A DNA stretch of 64,000 nt from NCBI RefSeq assembly GCF_006345805.1, contig NC_043016.1, positions 22,692,001 to 22,756,000 on the forward strand. The letters are read 5' to 3'. The DNA is from Octopus sinensis. Taxonomy: Eukaryota. The translations under genes were made by a program, and so were the position numbers. Shown here one piece after another: positions 56,701 to 64,000 of this stretch; the stretch's first letter is position 1; every line of letters begins with the position of its first letter. The notes beneath the pieces are model-generated. The model saw nothing but the letters and a program-made list of their open reading frames with translations, had not been told where the DNA came from and searched no databases.

Positions 56701-57529
56701 AGAGGATTTGTGCTTTATATTGAGGCTATTTAATTTGTACAAAAGCTGGGCAGTGTGATTCCTATTTTTAAAAGATATGCAGTTTTTAAAAGGGAAATTT
56801 CACTACATTAAACAGATGGGACTACATGGGAACTCTTTCAGTGACGTACATGGTCCCTATTTTTAGGACATTAAAAAGTTTAGCTGTTGATTACACACAT
56901 CTCTATCATCTCTCTATCACTAATTATGTTAAATTGGTAATCAGCTGTACAAATACTTTAATTAAAATCCTTCCAAAGACAATAATTTGATGTATTAGCA
57001 ATAGGTCAAAGAAGCATATATTAAAGTAGTGAACATGAAAAGGTTCTGTGAACCTATTACAGGAGGGTCTAATTTTACAGTAAGACAAAATACATATAAC
57101 CCCTGTATGTGTAATCATGTACTATTTTCCTAGACAACATTGTAAAATGAATTAATCTATAAATAAGTTCACAGCTAACATTTATATTACCTAGTAATAC
57201 AATATACACAAAGAGAATCTAGAATATTAATTAGCTAAAATAGTTTAATTCACAGAACTGAAAAATTAAGTTTTGAATATATAAAATAATTAGTATGGGT
57301 GTTTTATGTGCACCTGATTTTATAAGTGTTATTTGAGTAATACATTGAATTGAAAAAAAAGTAAGTTTTATTTACAAGTGACAATATAAAATATAAAACT
57401 GAGAAATCCTTTCAATGAACTGGAAATCAACAACTATTTAATCATAAAAGACAGAAATAGAAAATAAAATTATCAACATTAAATTATAATAAGCATTGGT
57501 ATTAAATATTCAAATAATTTCTGTATTTG

Positions 57530-57560
<31 letters not shown>

Positions 57561-58753
57561 CCATATAGGATCAGAAAATTAGGGATAATTGGAAGACCCC
57601 AAATACTGATCACTCTTAATAATGATAACAATAATAGCACATTTAACAAAAATCAATTTTAAACACATAAACAAAACAAAAAAGGGTAAAAGAAAGAGAA
57701 GTGTGATTCAGGTGATCTGTTAGTCATGGCCAATGGAGTTGGCTGTTTTATAATAAATGCAAGACAGTTTGTCTACTGTAAGCAAAAGCAAGACATGCAA
57801 ACTGAATTTATCTGATTTTGTTCCCTGTTGAACATAGCCATGTGTACAACAACAATAATGACAACATCAATTATTCACCTTCACCATTCCCATGAAAAAA
57901 TAAACAAATAGAGTAAATAAATTTTCAATGTAAGAGAAGAGGATAAGGGTAACTAGAATAAATATGTACATAACGAGAGGAATAAAGAGGGATAAATAAA
58001 TACAACCAAGAAAGGGGGTAAAGAAATAACTTCTAAAAACTGAAATAAGTGAATAAGCTATATATTTTTGATTAATTATATGATCTCAATTAACATCTAA
58101 CAAGGCCTGACAAGATTTTGTTAGGAAATAATACACAGAAGCAACAAAAAAAGCAACATTTAATTATGACATCACAAAATACTTGGGGACGTGAGCTCCT
58201 CATGGTAATAAATTTTTATTAATATGATTATAGAACATTTATTATAAGTGTTGTGGAGAACTATTCTGTAGAATATATAATATTCCTTTACATTGCAAGT
58301 ATACTACGATTGATTTCATCAGATCTACATAATTCTCATTGATGGTTTAATTTGCAAGAAAATTGGAGTTATTTAATGTCCAGATGCTTAATGAATATAT
58401 AGGTGAAACATCATCAGTTTTACCTCTGATCTAATTTAATTCGTTGGTCACAATTTTCAGAATTTATTTCAAATAATAGATGGAATTGAAAATCACATGT
58501 GTGTGTATCATTTTTTATAACTATGTATATATTTTTAACAATGATAATGCCCTGTATTCTTCCTGTTTTATGTTTTCATTTTGTTTTAAATATAAAAAAA
58601 TTTCCTTGTGCATCCTTCCATGAAGATATTCTCACTTGTAGTAATTAACCAAATTAATTTAGTTAAATTATATTTGGTTAATGTTATGCTGTAAGTAATG
58701 AATTGAAACAATTGTAAGTCTGGTCTTGTCAATGCTAATAAACTTTTATTAAT

Positions 58754-59240
58754 CATCATCATCATTGTTCGACCGTGGTCGAGACAATGGAATTTACCAT
58801 GTTACGCCCGACTTCACGGTCCATCATGGCATTATGGAGGTCCTGTTGCTGGATGCCTGTATCCCTGGAGATTACATCAGGGTAAGAGAGTGTGCGCCCT
58901 CTGGTATTGCGAGTAGATGGCTTCCAGAGGAGAAGAGTAGAAATTGCCTCGTTTTCAGCTCTACAACAATGTCCAGCAAACTGGACTCTCCTACCTTTCC
59001 CAAGAGATGACACGGGTGGTTGTTTCCCATATATTTGCATTTTGGATGGATGACGCTTCCACAAGAGATTTTGAGCTCTCATAAGGAGGCGAGTGTAGGT
59101 TCCATCCAACCGCCTCTCAAGCTTCTTTGATAACATCCAGGTTTCTGAGCCATATAGTAGAATTGGTTCGACTGTGGCTTTGAAGATTTCAAGTTTGAAG
59201 TCTCTACTTAGATTTGATGACCAGATCTTATTAATCCTAT
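58754..59240 (-). mobile_element. 5'-truncated RTE-X-like LINE with an intact ORF2 C-terminal frame
   Basis: KIWSSNL..FKATVEPILLYGSETW..LDGTYTRLL..RRVQFAGHCCR..LLLWKP..MMDRE; (TGA)n tail; possible TSD ttattaatc at 58746-54 and 59228-36. Confidence 0.88.
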
Positions 59241-59559
59241 CGCTATCTTCTCTCTTGTTTTGTACAATATTAATAATACTATGTATGTATGTGCCTGCTT
59301 TGTTAGGCATTAAACCAGTCTAATCTTGGATATGTTTATCCCTCTGAGGTTCATATCCTCATTTGTACTTTGATCTATATATACATCATATATATAATGT
59401 CTTTAGATCCATATAGATGTAACCATTGATCTATGGGTTGGTATGTTGTACTGTATGACTATTTGGTTATGATTATATTGTTGGACATGAACAGCTATTT
59501 TCAATACTTAATTTCTATAACAATTACTAAAGGTGGGCGCACACTTGCTCTGATTTATC

Positions 59560-60440
59560 ACTGCACTTACAGATAGTCTTCTTCATGCAGACCTTCTCCT
59601 GCCATGCCCAAGATCTCTTCTCAGCCAATCAGAAAATGCTCAGGGAAGAGAGCAGAGGCATCCATCCAATAATAGGGGACAACATCTTTCGATGGTTTGT
59701 GGCTGGGATAGCATGTAGATCAGACTGGGATGACCTGAAGGAGGCACTAACCCCTGTCTAGCTGGGGGTGGGAGTCAAGTGTGAATGTGAGGCTGCTGAC
59801 CATGTGGCCAGACATTACATACAGCATACATCACCTATGGAACTCCAACACACTCATGGCTGCTGCTAACAGGGCTGTTTCTTTAACAGGTGTCCAGCAG
59901 GGTGACCCTCTTGGTCCACATCTTTTTGCATTGGTTGTCAATGATGTTACCCAATTAGTCCTCTCACCCTTCAATGTCTCATAACTTGGATGACGTGACC
60001 TTAGGTGACTCAGCTGAGTCTGTAGTTGGCGACCTTCAGCAAATCATCTCAGTCCTAAAGCTTCTTGGGCTTGAAATCAACCCATCCAAGTCAGAGGTGA
60101 TAAACATGAGCTATGATGAAACTGAATTCCAAGACACCATACTCAGCATTCATCCCATCTCGGCAGAGGCTTGGCTGATATCAAGGAACGCTGTCTGCAT
60201 TCTTGGTTCCCCAAACCCCTCAAAAGCCATAACAGAGTGCCTGGAGACCAAGATTGTGGACTTATGTAGAATGACTGGGAGATTACACTTTGTTGATACA
60301 TACCTGATGCTCTTCCTTTTGCAAGCAGTTCCAAGAGGAAAAGCACCGGGTATGCAGTGCACCAGGTCACCCTCTTAGAGATTGCCTCAGTGATAATAAT
60401 GGCATTATCTTTCTCTTGCACTAGGAACATCCACTGCAGA
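59560..60440 (+). mobile_element. Decayed CRE-clade (early-branching non-LTR) reverse transcriptase
   Basis: RGIHPIIGDNIFRWFVAGIAC (cf. GGIRPIAVG..FRRL), LGVGVKCECEAADHVAR (cf. QLGVGV.GGCEAAVHAAR), TGVQQGDPLGPHLF, PFNVS*LDDVTLG, LGLEINPSKSEV. Confidence 0.82.
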
Positions 60441-60880
60441 GGCTGCAGTTAACCACAATGGTGAAACATGTTGGGAACAAATGATATAAATTTCATCTTG
60501 TGTTTATCATGTTTTCCTATTCTTTTATTTGTTTGTCATTTTACTACAACCATGCTAGAGTACCACCTTGAAGGATTTTAATCAAAAAAAAAAAATCAAT
60601 CCCAGGACTTGTTCTATTTTGTTGAACTGCTAAGTTACAGGGACATAAACACACCAACACTGGTTGCCAAGCAGTGATGGTAGGGACAAATACAGACATA
60701 TACATATATGGCAGGCTTCTTTCATTGTCCATATACCAAACCCACTCACAAGGCTTTGGTCAACACAAGGCTATAGTAGAAGACACTTTCCCAAGATGCC
60801 ATGCAGTGGGACTGAACCAACATGGAACCATGTGGTTGGGAAGCAAGTTTCTTCCCATACAGACCTGCCTGTACCTATAT

Positions 60881-60918
<38 letters not shown>

Positions 60919-60926
60919 TACATACA

Positions 60927-61710
60927 CAAGGTCTGACCAATAAGTATCCAGACTGTTATAATAACGAGGCTAAAGCACACAGAGTGAAGCTGCTAGGTAA
61001 AGATTGACCTTGAACTCTGTTGTGCATGCACACTAAGTTATCACATTCTAGCTCACTTCCACTGTTTACAGCAGTGCTTGGAAGGAAGGTGTGTAGCATG
61101 TGATCATCACATTGACCATGATAGGGAAAGTTGTTATGGCAATACCTGCTCAGAGGCCTACACAGTTATAGAAAATGTATGAGCTGCACACGAGTGTATG
61201 AGTGGTTCAGATGTTTCCAAGATGGCCAAGAAAAACATCACAGGTGTTCCTGCAGCTGTGAGGGGGGGGGGGAATCATCGAATCACCATCTTTGAGTTAT
61301 TAGAGGATGTGCAGATTAGTTGCAGTTTAATTCAGTACATTATCACTGAGGATTTGTATATAAGATACATGTCTGCCAAGTTTGTGACAAAACTGCTTTC
61401 AGCTGACCAAAAAGACATGGGTTTCAGTTGCACAAGACCTTGATAGTCTTGAGAACAAGGAAAACTTTTTGAAAACTTTGCATAGGCCTCTGAGCCGGTA
61501 TTGCCAAGCTTTTAGCAGATTCTCTGCTCAACTTTCACTATCATGGTCAATGTGACAATCACACGCTACACACATTCCTTCCAAGTACTGCTGGAAACAG
61601 CAGAAGTGAGCTAGAATGTGATAACTTAGTGTGCATGCACTGTAGAGTTAAAGGACAATCTTTGCCTAGCAGCTTCACTCTGCATGCTTCAGCTTCGTTA
61701 CTATGACAAC
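60927..61710 (+). mobile_element. Mariner-derived element whose ~180-bp left end is repeated in inverted orientation on the right
   Basis: TIR-like caaggtctgaccaataagtatccagact; transposase scraps VYEWFRCFQDG and MSAKFVTKLLSADQK; 60955-61133 matches the reverse complement of 61529-61710. Confidence 0.85.
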
Positions 61711-62821
61711 AGGCCAGATATATTTGCTTCTAGATATTTTCTATTTTCAATATGACACTTTTTTTGAAAACCACATTTTGATGCTATGATTTAGTGTAAA
61801 TTTTCAAAATACACTACATAGTGAAGTCCAGGATCGAAAATTATACAATCTTAAATGTGTAAATTGATTTAGCTCAAAAGATTTCAACCACTCATTGTAG
61901 CAACTCAGCTATTTAGTTGTATCTACTTGATGTGTTGGATGGGTGTCTATTAGAAATGCTACCAAAAAATACAATGTCTGAATTAAATATGTATCAGGAG
62001 AAAGTACAAAAATCAATGCTTTTTGCAGTGAAAAATGCATTGAGCTTGCAGGGCTAAATCCTAATACTCAAAGTTAGATTGCAGTAATGATTTATTCTAC
62101 AGAAATAGGGTCATGAGTTTGCAGAGAAGAATTCTAGTTGATTGACGAGACCCAGTAGATTACTGGGACTTACTGGAAGAATCACATCAACAAGACCACA
62201 CATACACAACAAAGACTGACGGAAAGCAGTTTACAACAGTGAACAATTCAGACATTTGCAGACGATAAAACATAAAAATGCCAACAACATGCTATGTTAC
62301 GAGAAATCAATTTGAACACTTGACAAATATTGTGGGACACTTTTTAATGTAAGAACATTGAAGTTACAAAATATGTTGATTCATATACAACATAATAGTT
62401 TTAATACACTGAGAATGTTGTTAAACATAAAATGACAATGACCAACAGAATAAGCAGTACAAATAAAGAATACTGATTCATCAGGACTTCACATACAAAT
62501 GGTACAGATATTTACAAGGACATTAAACAAAACAGTACAAATACAAAAGCAAGCAAATGTGCACACGCGCACAAAAAACACAGACATCCAAGGAAATGTA
62601 GCAAGACATGGCAGAACACAAAAGACAATCCTTGTCAAGCCTTGTTGCATAATTTTTTTTCTTTCCTTATGGATATTATATAATGCTATATTATAAACCA
62701 AATCATGGGATCTATTTAACAAATAAAAAAAGAAAGGACAATATTTAAAGCCTCTTCAACAGTGCTTGAATGCTGCAAAGCAACAACTTAAAGAGAGATG
62801 GGCTTAGGACAGTAATCTTAC

Positions 62822-62839
62822 CGAAAAAGTTGTCGCTCA
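62822..62839 (-). CDS. MAPK8IP3/SPAG9: JIP3/4 18-nt microexon (phase 1-1), encodes (V)SDNFF(G)
   Basis: Minus strand: tctttattttctttttctttttacctgctatcttcag|TGAGCGACAACTTTTTCG|gtaaga. The final G joins GT ATG GGT AAA of the 53758 exon to give FFGMGKE. Confidence 0.85.
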
Positions 62840-63258
62840 CTGAAGATAGCAGGTAAAAAGAAAAAGAAAATAAAGAATGATACATGTGTAATTATATTAA
62901 TAAAGCAATGGTTAATCAAATTGAAATAGATATTGTTTGATTTTACATTTTATTTTCAAGACAAACAGTTAAGCATAAAATGTAAAGCAATTTTAACAAA
63001 AAAAAAAGCATTCAAAAACATTTTCAGATATTTCATTAAACAACAGTAGAAGAGAAAAGAAAATGATGTAATTATTGCAATAAATACATTCTAGATCCTT
63101 GTATTTTTAAACCTTCCACACAATAGTTTAATACGAATATATAGTCTTCCTTTATGTGTATAGACACAAGCGCACAATGGCTTATAGAAAAGTTGATTTT
63201 AACATGCCACAGGGTAAGAAAGATAATTTTCTGTAGAGTATGTCTGAACATAAGCACA

Positions 63259-63309
<51 letters not shown>

Positions 63310-64000
63310 GTTTTGCTCAGAAAAAAGTTTGGTATTACAATTAAAAGAGTTTGAATGACAACCACAGTATGATGACTAAAACTTTAATTTTATTGAAAAT
63401 CCACATATTCTCTCTATAGAATTTAAATATGTCTGGTATTTTTTTAAGTGATGCAGATTGGACAATAAATATCAGGCAATAACCAAGTGAACCACAATAT
63501 AGCAAAAAAATTTATCAGATACGTTTAATCATACCAAACACATCTTTAGGCAAAGACAAGATATATATCATGGACATGCAATTTTTATAGAATGCCTGGG
63601 AGATATAAGACAATTATGTATAGCTCTTTTCAGACTGCATAGAACCCATGGAATAATGCAGAAGTTTAATATGATTACTATTAAGAGATGCAAACAAAAC
63701 AGTAACTTTTAGTTGCACCTAGTGCAATAAATATAACACACATATATATTACTAAAACTCAAAGTTTGTGTTTTCCTGCCCTTTGATTAATATGACAAAA
63801 ATTACAAAGAAAACAGTCATTTCCTCCTTTAAAAAAAAAAAAATCAAGTTGAAAATGTCAAATAGTGGCGGCGGCACTTCAGAGAGTTGTCACAGCTACT
63901 GCCGTCCAGCCTTTTTTCCTTCCCCAAATCATTTATACAACTTTCGGAGTGCCATGGACTGAAAGATAGATATTCTCCCTATATTTTTATGAGATATTTT

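Overview
AT-rich, microsatellite- and retroposon-dense animal genomic DNA. The SINE/RTE repeat families suggest an octopod cephalopod, probably Octopus (inference). Almost the whole window is the internal part of one minus-strand gene, the single invertebrate orthologue of JIP3/JIP4 (MAPK8IP3/SPAG9; Drosophila sunday driver, C. elegans unc-16). I traced nine core exons by hand with consistent GT-AG sites and phases: 62822-62839, 53701-53758, 51814-51870, 50437-50584, 50015-50205, 7410-7589, 4261->4409 (cut by a 100-N gap), 1394-1552 and <1-72. They cover leucine zipper II, the RH2 domain and the start of the C-terminal WD40-like region. Both gene ends lie outside the window. Main observations: (1) a candidate alternative last exon at 40918-40993, inside a 42.4-kb intron, that resembles the constitutive exon and would give a WD40-less, RILP-like short JIP isoform; (2) an 18-nt microexon (VSDNFF) with a UGC motif at -12, apparently matching the vertebrate JIP3 VRDDFF microexon, plus a nearby candidate poison exon with the same signature; (3) a near-perfect 236-bp palindrome just upstream of an exon; (4) an 83-nt pre-miRNA-like hairpin. 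The rest is SINEs, RTE, RTE-X-like and CRE LINE fragments, mariner relics and MITEs. Nearly all ORFs in the supplied track are microsatellite or repeat artefacts. All calls were made by eye with no database search.
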